The position numbers and the translations under genes were made by a program. DNA of 64,000 nucleotides from assembly GCA_963836185.1 (NCBI GenBank), contig CAWIIQ010000003.1:224001-288000 (forward strand), read 5' to 3'. This DNA is from Candidatus Krumholzibacteriia bacterium. Lineage in GTDB: Bacteria; Krumholzibacteriota; Krumholzibacteriia; Krumholzibacteriales; Krumholzibacteriaceae. The notes beneath the pieces are model-generated. The model was not told the DNA's origin and did no database searches. It saw only the letters and a program-made list of their open reading frames with translations. This document shows, one piece after another, positions 1-10,372 of the stretch. How positions within the stretch are numbered: position 1 is the first letter of the stretch; every line of letters starts with the position of its first letter.

Positions 1-45
1 CTCGGCAGATGCGGGTGTTCCGGCATCTGACGGCAAGGAGGAGAA

Positions 46-372
46 ATGAGCGACAAGGTACTTCATGTGGGCGAAGATGAATTCCAGGCACAGGTGCTCG
101 ACTCGGCTGTTCCGGTAGTAGTGGATTTCTGGGCGCCGTGGTGCGGCCCCTGCCAGATGATCGGACCGATCATCGATGAGCTGGCCGGCGAGTATGAAGG
201 AAAGGTCTCTTTCGCCAAGGTCAACACGGACGACGCGAAAAGCATCGCTATCAAGTACGGCATCATGGGGATCCCGACGCTCAAGATATTCAAGGGCGGC
301 GAGGAAGTAGCTTCCGTGTCGGGTGCGCTTCCGAAGGAACATCTCAAGCAGTGGATCGACGAGGCCGTATAG
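46..372 (+). CDS. trxA: Thioredoxin
   Basis: VVVDFWAPWCGPC active site, GIPTL cis-Pro motif, 108 aa, AAGGAGG RBS. Confidence 0.97.
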   Translation: MSDKVLHVGEDEFQAQVLDSAVPVVVDFWAPWCGPCQMIGPIIDELAGEYEGKVSFAKVNTDDAKSIAIKYGIMGIPTLKIFKGGEEVASVSGALPKEHLKQWIDEAV

Positions 373-394
373 CGGCACTAATAAAGAAAAGCAG

Positions 395-447
395 GCAGAC
401 GGCGGGCCGCTGAAGATGTATGTTTTTGCATCGGGCGGCCCGTCTGC
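395..447 (+). terminator. GC-rich hairpin after trxA
   Basis: gcagac(gg)cgggccgc...gcggcccgtctgc inverted repeat; no strong U tract. Confidence 0.45.
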
Positions 448-524
448 TATATACTCCACCTGCGCGAAGAGACCTCGCGCGGGGATACGATAAATACTAG
501 ATGGAAAGAGAAGGAGACCGGTTG

Positions 525-1951
525 ATGAAGATCAAAGGATGGATAGCTCGCGGCGGCGCTGGCGGCCCTGGTCGCGGCGGGATGCTCGCGGCAGGCCGAC
601 ATAGGAGGCAAGGGGCTGGTCCGGCTCGATGAGAGGGTCTATGCCCTGATAGCGTACGGGCCCGCGTCGGCTGAGGGCCTCGGCGCGAACTCGGGTTTTA
701 TCGTGGGGGATGAGTCGGTCCTCGTGGTCGATTCGAGATTCACCTACAACCACGCGAGGCAGCTGCTCAAGGCGGTCCGTTCCGTCACCGACCTTCCCGT
801 CAGGTATCTCGTCAACACGCACTATCATCCCGATCACGTCTGGGGCAACTCGATCTTCCGTGCCGAAGGAGCGATCATTCTCGCCAGGCCGGAGACGAGT
901 ATCGAGATGGAGAGGTACAGCCCGGTCTATATGGATTATTACAGGGGCCGAAAGCCCGATGTCTACGAGATGATCAAGGAAGTCGAGCCCGCCCTTCCCG
1001 ACTCGTTCGTTACCGATGAGCTCCGTCTCGATCTCGGGGCGATAGAAGCGGTCGTCAGCTTTCTCGGGACCGGCGCATACGGCAGGCGATCTCGTCGTCT
1101 CTGTCCCGTCGAAAAGGATCGTTTTCACCGGAGGACTGGTCAGCAACGGGTATCATCCGAACATGGGCGACCAGGGCGCGGATTTCGTCGAACTGGCTCG
1201 TCATGCTCGACAGGCTCGGCGACAGCGCAGCCGAAGATCGTTGTCCCCGGGCAGGGGCCGGCCGGAGATGCCGGTATGATCGAAATTCAGAAAAGTTATC
1301 TCGTGGACCTGACCGCCTTGACGGTCGATGCGATGAGAAGGGGGCGCCCCCTTTCCCGGGCGATCACTCGAGATCAAGATCCCCGGGACAGAGGGATATC
1401 TGCAGGACAACCTTCTTCCCTTCAATATCCAGGCAATATACCGTACGAAGGCTCTCGAAACGGTCTCACCCCGCGTCGAGATGGATATCCCCGCCGTGAT
1501 GGCTGTAAGCGATGCCTACGGGGGACCCGATGCCGGCATGGTCCAGTGGGTCGTGCAGTCGGACGAAGGATATCTCGAGCTTGAGATGAGCTGGCAGCCG
1601 ACGAGCAGGAACGAGGTGATCCTCGAGGACATCCACGACAGGATAGCCCGGTATGAGGGATCCAGTGACGGGCTGTACAAGCTTACCCTGGAAGGCTCGA
1701 AGAAGCTGATAGTGGGAGAAGATACCGCTCCGGCGGCATACGGCAAGTGGGCATATCGGAAGGGTATGGGGGCGAGCGGCGGTGGAGCCTGGTCGTGGAC
1801 GATGATCCTGATGGACGGGAAGAGCTACTCTTTCAGGATGCTCACAAATACGGGGGGCGACTCCGGGCTGGAAGAACGGAACATCGCCGCCCTGGAACAG
1901 ATCATCTCGATGGTCAGGAAAAAGCAGGGCGTCACGCGCCGTACTTCTTGA
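525..1951 (+). CDS. MBL-fold metallo-hydrolase lipoprotein with extra C-terminal domain (single gene with about 5 frameshifts)
   Basis: AAGGAG RBS before ATG 525; lipobox LVAAGC; ANSGFIVGDESVLVVD, NTHYHPDH; GPAHTAGD in shifted frame; continues ...EGYLQDNLLPFNIQAIYRTKALETVSPRVEMDIP into ORF 1481..1951. Confidence 0.75.
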
Positions 1952-3141
1952 GCCTGCCCGCGTTTGCCAGCGCCAGCGTCATGATGTCTACGGCCGGGAA
2001 TATTCCCAGCCCTCCCCGGTCGCATTCAGCTTCGCTGAAGGCTGCCGCGCCGTCTATGCCGCAGAATTCCGACTTCAGGACAAACGGCAACGGGATGCCA
2101 CGAGTGGCTCTTCATCGCGCATGGAGTGGAGTGGTCGCCCGTGACGATCAGCACGTCTGGCTCGAGGCCGAGCAGGACCGGCAGGCAGGCGTCGACCTCC
2201 TCGATGACCCCCTTCTTTCCCTCCAGGTTGCCGTCCTCTCCGTAAGAGTCGGTCTTCTTTATATGGATGAAGATGAAATCATGTTCTCCGCGGCGGAAGA
2301 TCTCCGAGGCCGTCTCGAACTCCTCCTTGACAGAGAACCCGGTATCGGCCAGCTCCATCCCGCAGAGCTTTGCCACGCCTCTATAAAGCGGGTAAGCGGC
2401 GACGGCGGCGCCCGAAAGCCCGTACCTCTCTGAAAAGGGCTCGATGGCCGGTTTGCTCGATATCCCTCTCATCAGGACAGCGTTGGCTTTTTCTTCGTCG
2501 GCGAGGACCTCTCCGGCCATCTCGACAAAACGGGCGATGATCGCGGCCGTTCTCTCCGCGGCGGGAACCATGGCAACCGGCGGCAGGGGTTTTTTGCCCG
2601 TCACCTGGGGGTCGGTCTCCTCGACCTCGGGGGAGAGGCCCTCTCCCCTGAGGACAACGCCGAACCTGTATTCCCGAACCGGCATGACGATTACCTCGAT
2701 GCCGTCGATCTCCCTGATCCTTTCGCCGAGCTTCGCGCAGATCCTCATCCCTTCCTCGTGCGGGATCCTTCCGGCCCGCCGGTCGGTCAGAACGCCTTCG
2801 GCATCGACCGTCGCGAAGTTGCCCCTGATGGCCACATCGCCCGGGAGGAGATCGTACCCTGTACCCGTGACTTCGACGACTCCCCTGCCCGCGTCATTTT
2901 CAGGCGCCAGCGGATCATATCCGAACAGCGAGAAATGAGCAGGTCCGCTTCCCGGCGTTATCCCCCTCGCTATCGGAAGGGATCTGCCGCATATGCCGCC
3001 GGCGGCGACTGCGTCGAGGTTGGGAGTGACAGCTTCGTCGAGTGCGGTCCCGGGCATGGACGGCGTGCGTATCCCGCCGAGGCCGTCCATCACGAGGAGG
3101 ATTATCTTCGAGTCGTTCGCGCTGATCAGATGGCGGAGCAT
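1932..3141 (-). CDS. apgM: 2,3-bisphosphoglycerate-independent phosphoglycerate mutase, archaeal type; frameshift near 2085
   Basis: LLVMDGLGG, PGSGPAH, DRRAGRI, GDHSTP, HSWHPV; true C-terminus ...LANAGRLKKYGA* (stop 1932-1934) is in another frame. Confidence 0.9.
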
Positions 3142-3296
3142 ATCGGTTCTCCTTTTCGTTAGTGTTCCAGATTACAGCCGCCTGCCGCCCATGTCAACCG
3201 GCCGATGCGGCCGGCCCTCCTCAATCGGTTTGGGAATGAGGCGGAACAATGTTACAATACGAGGGTAGAGGATATTCTGACGTAACAGATGGAGGA

Positions 3297-4814
3297 ATGA
3301 TGATATCGACAAGGATTAGGGCCTGGTTGTCAGCGGGTGTGCTCATCGCGCTGGCAGTTGCGGCGGGGTGTGGGCAGAGATCCTCCGTCGTGCTCGAGAA
3401 GCCGCTGCGAAAAGTGGTCAAGACCGAGAGCAATTCGCAGACACTGATGGCCTGGGCGGAAGCGGGAGTAAGAGCAGATGTGCTCATCCATATTGACGGC
3501 ACCGATGACCTGGCCATCTTCCCGACAGCGCTCCACGAAACGATAGAGAATACGGCCGATCACCTCGAGAGGAAAAACGCCGAGGTCGTCTACAGGATCG
3601 CGACGATCATCGAGAAGGGCGGCACGGTAAATATCGGCATGAAGGCCGGGATGTACGACAGGGTCATCTGGGTCCTTCCATCTCCCGCCTCCGTGACCGA
3701 TCTTTCACTCGAGAACTTCAAACAGGTGCTGATGACAACGCGCGGATATCCCGCACAGGAGCTGGCCGACTTCGCCATATCGGGCAGGCATATCACCGGA
3801 ACGATCGCCGGGGTGCCGCTGACGATAACTAACATCGAGGATCTCGAAATAAACGACGAGACAGCGCTGCTCGATATCGATCTCGCGTATTTTACAGGGC
3901 TCCAGGCAGCATCGGCCGAATATAGACCGGGCACGGCGGCCCTGCTCGATTTTCTCAGGGTCCTGAAGAGCAAGAGAGTCTCCGCGGTCATGGCCACTGT
4001 CAACCGCACGGCAGGGTTCCAGCCGGTGCCGCTCGATATCAGGTATTTTGCCACTGTCATAGAGGAGACGCTTGCCGACCCCTCTCTTCTGGAAAACGCG
4101 TTTTCGGGGAAGTACGGCATGATGATGGAGGCGGAGAAGTCACTCACTGAAGGAGACTTCAGCAAGGCGGCCGCTCTGTACACGGGACTGACTGGAAGCT
4201 ATCCCGATGATGCGGGGCTGCACTTCTCGCATGCGGTAGCTCTCGGGTTCCTCGACAAGGGTACAGAGTGCCGCGAAGCGATGGTCAAGGCTTACGGTAT
4301 CGACGCCGTCTACCTGAAGGGCTTCTTCCAGCTTGCCAGGGTCCTCGGGGCAGGTGGCCGTATAAGCGCCGGAGAAACGCTGCTTGATACAGCCGACCTG
4401 TACAAGACCCTTTCCACGGAAGACATGAAATATCAGAGGGCGCTCTTTTACATGCAGGCGGGCCTGCCCGACAAGGCTTCGCAGTTACTGGCCGAGGTGG
4501 CGCAGACCAGGCCCAAAGATTTCGCCGTCAGGACGGTCCTTTACCGCGCGTACGAGGAACTCGGGAATACGCAGGAGATGTATCGCGTCCTTGAAAATCT
4601 CTTCAGGCTCGACAGGGAAAGGTTAGTGCGCGACATGCCCTGGGCCTTGAAAAAACTCGGTGATCTGGCGAGGGACGTCCGCACCGATCTGGTCGCGGCA
4701 TCCTGGTATGCGAGGTATCTCGTGCACGTCCCCGATGATCCCGATGCCGGGATGATGCGCGAGTTTATCGAAGAGCAGGGGTATGTCAACCCGCGCACGT
4801 CAAACGTCGAATAG
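3297..4814 (+). CDS. Lipoprotein with UPF0489/arginase-like domain and C-terminal TPR repeats
   Basis: Lipobox AVAAGC; VLIHIDGTDDL and LLDIDLAYF resemble UPF0489 motifs; helical TPR-like second half. Confidence 0.65.
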   Translation: MMISTRIRAWLSAGVLIALAVAAGCGQRSSVVLEKPLRKVVKTESNSQTLMAWAEAGVRADVLIHIDGTDDLAIFPTALHETIENTADHLERKNAEVVYRIATIIEKGGTVNIGMKAGMYDRVIWVLPSPASVTDLSLENFKQVLMTTRGYPAQELADFAISGRHITGTIAGVPLTITNIEDLEINDETALLDIDLAYFTGLQAASAEYRPGTAALLDFLRVLKSKRVSAVMATVNRTAGFQPVPLDIRYFATVIEETLADPSLLENAFSGKYGMMMEAEKSLTEGDFSKAAALYTGLTGSYPDDAGLHFSHAVALGFLDKGTECREAMVKAYGIDAVYLKGFFQLARVLGAGGRISAGETLLDTADLYKTLSTEDMKYQRALFYMQAGLPDKASQLLAEVAQTRPKDFAVRTVLYRAYEELGNTQEMYRVLENLFRLDRERLVRDMPWALKKLGDLARDVRTDLVAASWYARYLVHVPDDPDAGMMREFIEEQGYVNPRTSNVE

Positions 4815-4847
4815 CTCCCCGCGCGGGCGGCACAGACATCATACTTA

Positions 4848-4874
4848 CAGGGCGGCCGCCGGCCGCCCTTTTTA
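4848..4874 (+). terminator. Rho-independent terminator
   Basis: agggcggcc-gcc-ggccgccct followed by tttt. Confidence 0.8.
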
Positions 4875-5052
4875 TCATAAAGATGTAACAATACAGCGCT
4901 GGCCGCCGTATTTGAAGATAGATGGCGGCATAAGGAACAGGAACGTCCCGGTCTTGCCGAGCATAAAAGATATTGAGGGGGCGCGTTGTTCAGTTGAAAG
5001 CTGACTGAATACCCGGAACGCTCAGCCCAGCGCGCGCCCCCTCATTTTCATG

Positions 5053-6033
5053 TCAGGACCTGCCCCGCAGCGCTTCGAGAATACTTTCCACAAGGCCGTC
5101 CTCGAGCGCCTCGTTGAGCCGCGAGAGTGAGATCCGCAGATCGTCCCCCTCACGGACCCTTATTTCCACACTGAAGCAGTTTCCCTCGAGGTTTTCAGGG
5201 AAGTGCACGGATGCCGCCGGCGGGAGCTCGATCTCCGAGACTGTGCGCTTCAGGAACGAGATGTCGTCATTCATCCTGGGGTGAGTGATGCTTCTGACAG
5301 CTTCGTCGAGCGGCGCCTCCTGCGGATCGTACTCCTCTGCGAACCGTGCGAAGAGATCCCGGCCGTTGTCAGCCATGCTGAGCATTCCCCGGACAGCTTC
5401 GCGCCTGCCGCTCCTGCTCAGGCCGCTTCCGGCGAGCATGCGGGCGGCATCCTCGAGATCGATCCCCGGGTGAACGCCGAGCTGGAGCAGGTCGCCGGGA
5501 GATACCCTGCCCTCGTGAATGGCCAGCCTTACATCCGCGTCAAGCCGGGAGAGGCCGGCGAGTCTGTCGAGGAAGTCCGGCGTGATCTTCCTGCCGAACA
5601 ACCGGGAGAGGAGCGGGAGGGACTCCGCGATCCGGTCGCCAGCGATGGCTAGTGTCTTCGATGCGAGGATCAGCTTCTCCATCTCCGACAGGGGATGGCC
5701 GTGGGGTGAGGATTCGAGCCAGACTGGAAGGGCCGCGAAGCGGCCTTCAGCCCGGGTGTCGATCACGAGCGCCCTGATCTTCCCGAGGCCGGCCGCACGC
5801 GCCGCCGCTATCCTTCTGAATCCCGAGACGACATCGAGTGAATTCCCTGTCCCGGCGAGGACCGGAGGCGAGATCATCCCGAGCCGTGTGATCGATTCTG
5901 TCAGTGCGGCATCCGGGGCGGCGCTGCCTTCCTCGCCAGGAAGCGTCCACCTGAACCTGAAGGGCGCATCCGGGCCGAGCTCGAGGGCGCAGATATCTGA
6001 AGGCATGTATTCCATTTCGAAGGGCTTTGTCAT
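5053..6033 (-). CDS. ParB/Srx N-terminal domain protein
   Basis: LTESITRLGMISPP...VVSGFRR (ParB box-like), followed by a helical region. Confidence 0.7.
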   Translation of the reverse strand: MTKPFEMEYMPSDICALELGPDAPFRFRWTLPGEEGSAAPDAALTESITRLGMISPPVLAGTGNSLDVVSGFRRIAAARAAGLGKIRALVIDTRAEGRFAALPVWLESSPHGHPLSEMEKLILASKTLAIAGDRIAESLPLLSRLFGRKITPDFLDRLAGLSRLDADVRLAIHEGRVSPGDLLQLGVHPGIDLEDAARMLAGSGLSRSGRREAVRGMLSMADNGRDLFARFAEEYDPQEAPLDEAVRSITHPRMNDDISFLKRTVSEIELPPAASVHFPENLEGNCFSVEIRVREGDDLRISLSRLNEALEDGLVESILEALRGRS

Positions 6034-6681
6034 TCAGCGCTCTCCATTTCCGACGAAGGGGCAGAGGGCAGAGATCCCGCATTCGCCGCAGCGTGGCTTC
6101 GGCGCTTTGCAGACTGTCCGTCCGTGGTTCTTCAGGTAGAAGGGGAGCCATTTCCATTCGGATGGGGCGAAAAGGGCCATGAGGTCACGCTCGATCTTCA
6201 CGGGGTTTTTCTCGCCGGTCCAGCCGAGCCTCCCTGCGACCCTGATCACGTGTGTATCGACTACGATCCCTTCCGTCTTCGAGAATCCATGCTGAAGGAT
6301 GGCATTGGCCGACTTTCTCGCTATGCCGGGAAGCCCGGTGAGGCTGTCCATCTCTCCGGGGACCTTGCCGCCGTACTTTCCGGCAATGATCTCGCTCGCG
6401 CCCTTTATCGATTTCGCCTTGTTTCTGAAGAAGCCCGTCGGCCTCACCGCCTCCTCGATATCCTCCAGGGGAGCGGCCGCGAAGGCCGCGGCGTCGGGGT
6501 ATTTCCCGAAGAGAGCGGGTGTGGTAAGGTTGACCCTCTCGTCCGTGCACTGAGCCGAGAGGATAGTAGCGACGAGAAGCTGGAACGGTCCATCGAACTC
6601 GAGATAATGCCTGGGCTCCGGATAGATCTTCTTAAGGCTGCCGAGCGCCTTTTCAGCAGCCTTTTCATTTCCTGATGCCAT
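6034..6681 (-). CDS. nth: Endonuclease III
   Basis: LLVATILSAQCTD, HhH LPGIARKSA, VVDTHV, 4Fe-4S motif C-x6-C-x2-C-x5-C; ATG at 6681 preferred. Confidence 0.95.
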   Translation of the reverse strand: MASGNEKAAEKALGSLKKIYPEPRHYLEFDGPFQLLVATILSAQCTDERVNLTTPALFGKYPDAAAFAAAPLEDIEEAVRPTGFFRNKAKSIKGASEIIAGKYGGKVPGEMDSLTGLPGIARKSANAILQHGFSKTEGIVVDTHVIRVAGRLGWTGEKNPVKIERDLMALFAPSEWKWLPFYLKNHGRTVCKAPKPRCGECGISALCPFVGNGER

Positions 6682-6860
6682 CTTTTCTCCATCGGGGGAT
6701 GCGCGTGTGATATTGCTGCCCGCATTGTATTGGAGGCCGGCCGGCATTTTCAATATCGAAGATGAATTAAAAAGGGCGAATCGGGCGGGGAGCGGTGTAT
6801 CACTGATTTGCACGCCGAGGATTGATTTTTAACCCTTTCGGCTTTATATTGACTGCCGAT

Positions 6861-7385
6861 ATGAGATTAAAGAGAGCAATAGCGCAGGCTGCGGCACTTA
6901 TCCTTTTGGGGACGGCTGCCGGGCTGATCAACAACAGTTTCTCGGTCAACGGGATCGATCCGTTCCGCAGTCTCGATGATATCCCTGTCTATGAGAACGG
7001 GGATACCCTGGCGACGGGATCGGATTCTCACGATCACGACGGTATCTGCTTCGTGTCGTTCGAGGAATTCCGCCGGATGATAGCCGCCGGATACCCGATC
7101 CTCGATTCGCGGACCGCCTCCGAGTACGAGGCCGGCCATATCCCGGGCGCGATCCTCTGTGACTATTTCGAGATGGGCCGCTATTTCGAGACCGTTCTGC
7201 CTCGCCTCGACATCGGTGGCAGGATCGGCGTCTACTGCACCGGCCCCGACTGCGACGATTCCGAGATGCTCGCGAAGGAGCTCTACACGCTGGGGTACAC
7301 GAAGCTCTGCGTCTTCAAGGGTGGTATCGAGAAATGGGAGGAAGCGGGGCTGGAGCTCGAGTACGGGCCGGAGGAGGAATGGTGA
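6861..7385 (+). CDS. Membrane-anchored rhodanese-like protein
   Basis: N-terminal TM, ILDSR..EYEAGHIPGA, YCTGPDC, FKGGIEKW. Confidence 0.85.
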   Translation: MRLKRAIAQAAALILLGTAAGLINNSFSVNGIDPFRSLDDIPVYENGDTLATGSDSHDHDGICFVSFEEFRRMIAAGYPILDSRTASEYEAGHIPGAILCDYFEMGRYFETVLPRLDIGGRIGVYCTGPDCDDSEMLAKELYTLGYTKLCVFKGGIEKWEEAGLELEYGPEEEW

Positions 7386-7897
7386 TGGACCGGCAGGCCG
7401 ATACGGGACTCTTTTTCGAACTTTCCGCCGGTACGGGGCGCAGGCAGCTGCTTCTGCTCGCCTTTCGCATAATCCTTGCCGCCGTATTCATATATGCCGC
7501 CCTGCAGAAGATCGGCCGCCCCCTGATGTTTGCCGATGAGATCGAGATGTACAGGGTCATCGGTTACGGTCCCCTGCTTTACCTCGCGGCGATCATCCTC
7601 CCCTGGGTGGAGCTGTTGTGCGGATTCGCGCTGCTGACCGGGATCTTCATGAGAGGCGCCGCCCTGATACTCTCGGCGATGAACTTCGCTTTTATCATTG
7701 TCATCGCATACAGGACTGCTGGTATAATGTCCGCCGAAGGGACGCCGCTGAGCCAGGTCTACTTCGACTGCGGCTGCGGGTTCGGCGCCACCTACGCATG
7801 GAAGAAACTGATCGAGGACGCGATCCTGCTCGTGTTCTCGATTGTCATACTGTTTTCATCGTCTTACCGATTTGTCATCGGAAGAAAGAAGGGGTAG
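7379..7897 (+). CDS. MauE/DoxX-family membrane protein
   Basis: RIILAAVFIYAALQK, LPWVELLCG, DCGCG; overlaps the rhodanese gene. Confidence 0.85.
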   Translation: MVMDRQADTGLFFELSAGTGRRQLLLLAFRIILAAVFIYAALQKIGRPLMFADEIEMYRVIGYGPLLYLAAIILPWVELLCGFALLTGIFMRGAALILSAMNFAFIIVIAYRTAGIMSAEGTPLSQVYFDCGCGFGATYAWKKLIEDAILLVFSIVILFSSSYRFVIGRKKG

Positions 7898-7900
7898 GAA

Positions 7901-8410
7901 ATGAATATGAGGAAAGTGGTCCCGGCGGCGCTGATCGCTCTTTTATGTGTGTTCTCGATGGCTGCGGCCGTCTCGGCTCAGGATGATACGGCGGGCGCTA
8001 CAAAGCCCGCGTCGAGCTTCGAGCACGGCAAATTCGGCATCGGCGTGATCTTCGGAGAGCCGTCCGGCCTGAGCGCCAAGATGTGGACGACGAATACCAC
8101 CGGGTTCGATCTCGGGCTGGCCTGGTCGTTCTCGGGAGATGGGAATTTCCATATCCACGGCGACTATCTCTTCCACAACTTCGGCGTTTTCGACGTGAGC
8201 AAGGGATCGCTGCCGGTATATATCGGTATCGGCGGCAGGATACTCTTCCAGGATAACACGAAGGTAGGCATAAGGCTTCCGATCGGGCTCGAGTATTACT
8301 TTGCCGACTGGCCGCTCGCCGTCTTCGGCGAGATCGTACCGATCCTCGACCTCGCGCCAGACACGGAATTCGATATAAACGGCGGCATCGGCCTGCGGTT
8401 CTATTTCTAG
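7901..8410 (+). CDS. Small outer-membrane beta-barrel protein (DUF3996-like)
   Basis: Signal peptide, GIGVIFGEPSGLSAK, GIRLPIG, C-terminal beta-signal GLRFYF. Confidence 0.75.
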   Translation: MNMRKVVPAALIALLCVFSMAAAVSAQDDTAGATKPASSFEHGKFGIGVIFGEPSGLSAKMWTTNTTGFDLGLAWSFSGDGNFHIHGDYLFHNFGVFDVSKGSLPVYIGIGGRILFQDNTKVGIRLPIGLEYYFADWPLAVFGEIVPILDLAPDTEFDINGGIGLRFYF

Positions 8411-8439
8411 GGACGGCAGCCATATGAACTGAGATTTCG

Positions 8440-8469
8440 AGGGCCCGGCCTGTTGAGCCGGGCCTTTTC
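8440..8469 (+). terminator. Rho-independent terminator
   Basis: ggcccggc...gccgggcc followed by tttt. Confidence 0.75.
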
Positions 8470-8605
8470 ATGAAATACTTGCCTGAGGCCCTGCATGTTT
8501 CATATTTTCCATAAAGTTGAATTATCTGCCGATAGCGAACGGCAGCGTCGGCACATTTGTCTGAAACGCGTTATTGCTCAGGAAGTTACGTCAGGAGGTC
8601 CCTGG

Positions 8606-10330
8606 ATGAGCACCGAGAGAAAAAGCATTTCCAAGGTCGGGAAGAGCTACGTCTTCGTTGGTTCCGACGAGCCCCTCATCGGGGAGACGATCGGGTTCAT
8701 GCTCGAGCGGATCGTCAGGACATACCCCGAGAACGACGCACTCGTATTCGTTCCCGATGGAAGGCGCTGGACCTACGCGCAGTTCTACAGGGAGTGCCGG
8801 ACGGCGGCGAAATCATTCATGGCTATGGGGGTCCAGCGCGGCGACCGCGTCGCGATATGGGCGACGAACCATCCCGAATGGGTGATCGCGCAGTTCGCTA
8901 CGGCGCTTATCGGCGCGGTGCTCGTTACGGTCAATCCCGCTTACCGTACGCATGAGCTCAGGCACGGCCTCGGCGATTCCGAGGCTCAGACGCTCGTGAT
9001 GATCCCTTCTTTCAAGTCTTCCGATTACGTGAAGATGCTCGGCGAGGTCGTTCCCGAACTTGCCGCGAGCGAGCCGGGAGCCCTCGATTCGAAGACGCTT
9101 CCTCTTCTGAAGAACGTCGTGCTGATCGGGGCGGAATCACCGGGTATGCGATCATGGGAGGAGTTCATGAAACTCGGCGCCGAGGTGAGCGAAGATGATT
9201 ACGAGAAGCGCCGGCGTGAGCTCGACTTCGATGACATCATCAACATACAGTATACATCGGGCACGACGGGGATGCCGAAAGGCGCGAGCCTGACACATTT
9301 CAATATCCTCAACAATGGTTACCATGTCGGCGAGACGATGAAGCTTACCCACCGCGACAGGCTCTGCATACCGGTACCTTTCTACCACTGCTTCGGCATG
9401 GTCCTCTCGAATCTCGCCTGCGTCACCCACGGAGCGACGATGGTCGTCCCCGGCGAGTACTTCGAGCCGAAGACGGTGCTCGAAGCGGTCGAGAAGGAAA
9501 GGTGCACCGCGCTGCACGGCGTCCCGACCATGTTCATCGCCGAACTGGCTATGCCCGAGTTCGGCGACTATGACCTCGGTACGCTGAGGACCGGGATCAT
9601 GGCAGGCGCCCCGTGCCCGGTCGAGATCATGAAGAGGGTCAATGACGAGATGAACATGAAGGAGGTCACGATCGCCTACGGCCAGACCGAGACCTCGCCG
9701 GTGATCACGCAGACGCCTTACAATGGTTCGCTGGAGATGCGTACTACGACGGTCGGCCCTCCGATACCTCACACCGAGGTGAAGATCATATCGCCCGATA
9801 CGGGAAGGACAGTTCCTGTCGGCGTTCAGGGAGAGTTGTGCTGTCGCGGCTATCAGGTAATGCGCGGCTACTACAACAATCCCGAAGCGACCGCCGAGAC
9901 GATAGACGAGGCGGGGTGGATACATTCGGGTGATCTCGCACTGATGAAAGAGGACGGTACCTTCAAGATCACCGGCCGGATCAAGAACATGATCATCCGC
10001 GGCGGGGAGAACATCTACCCGCGTGAGATCGAGGAGTTCCTATATACGAACGAGAAGATCCGCGACGCCCAGGTCTTCGGGGTTCCCGACAGGAAGTACG
10101 GCGAGGAGATCGCAGTCTGGATCCAGCTTCACGAGGGAGCGGAATCGAGCGAGGACGATATAAAGGCCTTCTGCAAGGGAAAGATCGCCCACTACAAGAT
10201 CCCCCGCTACATAAAGTTCGTCGATGAGTACCCGATGACAGTGACGGGCAAGATCCAGAAGTTCAAGATGAGGGATGTCTCGATCGCCGAGCTCGGCCTC
10301 GAGGAGGACGCGGGTATTGAGACGGCGTAG
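8606..10330 (+). CDS. AMP-dependent fatty acyl-CoA synthetase
   Basis: QYTSGTTGMPKG, AYGQTE, WIHSGD, IIRGGENIYPREIE, TGKIQK; AGGAGG RBS. Confidence 0.93.
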   Translation: MSTERKSISKVGKSYVFVGSDEPLIGETIGFMLERIVRTYPENDALVFVPDGRRWTYAQFYRECRTAAKSFMAMGVQRGDRVAIWATNHPEWVIAQFATALIGAVLVTVNPAYRTHELRHGLGDSEAQTLVMIPSFKSSDYVKMLGEVVPELAASEPGALDSKTLPLLKNVVLIGAESPGMRSWEEFMKLGAEVSEDDYEKRRRELDFDDIINIQYTSGTTGMPKGASLTHFNILNNGYHVGETMKLTHRDRLCIPVPFYHCFGMVLSNLACVTHGATMVVPGEYFEPKTVLEAVEKERCTALHGVPTMFIAELAMPEFGDYDLGTLRTGIMAGAPCPVEIMKRVNDEMNMKEVTIAYGQTETSPVITQTPYNGSLEMRTTTVGPPIPHTEVKIISPDTGRTVPVGVQGELCCRGYQVMRGYYNNPEATAETIDEAGWIHSGDLALMKEDGTFKITGRIKNMIIRGGENIYPREIEEFLYTNEKIRDAQVFGVPDRKYGEEIAVWIQLHEGAESSEDDIKAFCKGKIAHYKIPRYIKFVDEYPMTVTGKIQKFKMRDVSIAELGLEEDAGIETA

Positions 10331-10372
10331 GGCCGCCCGCGTAGCGATATCCGATCAAACGGGGCGTTCCAG

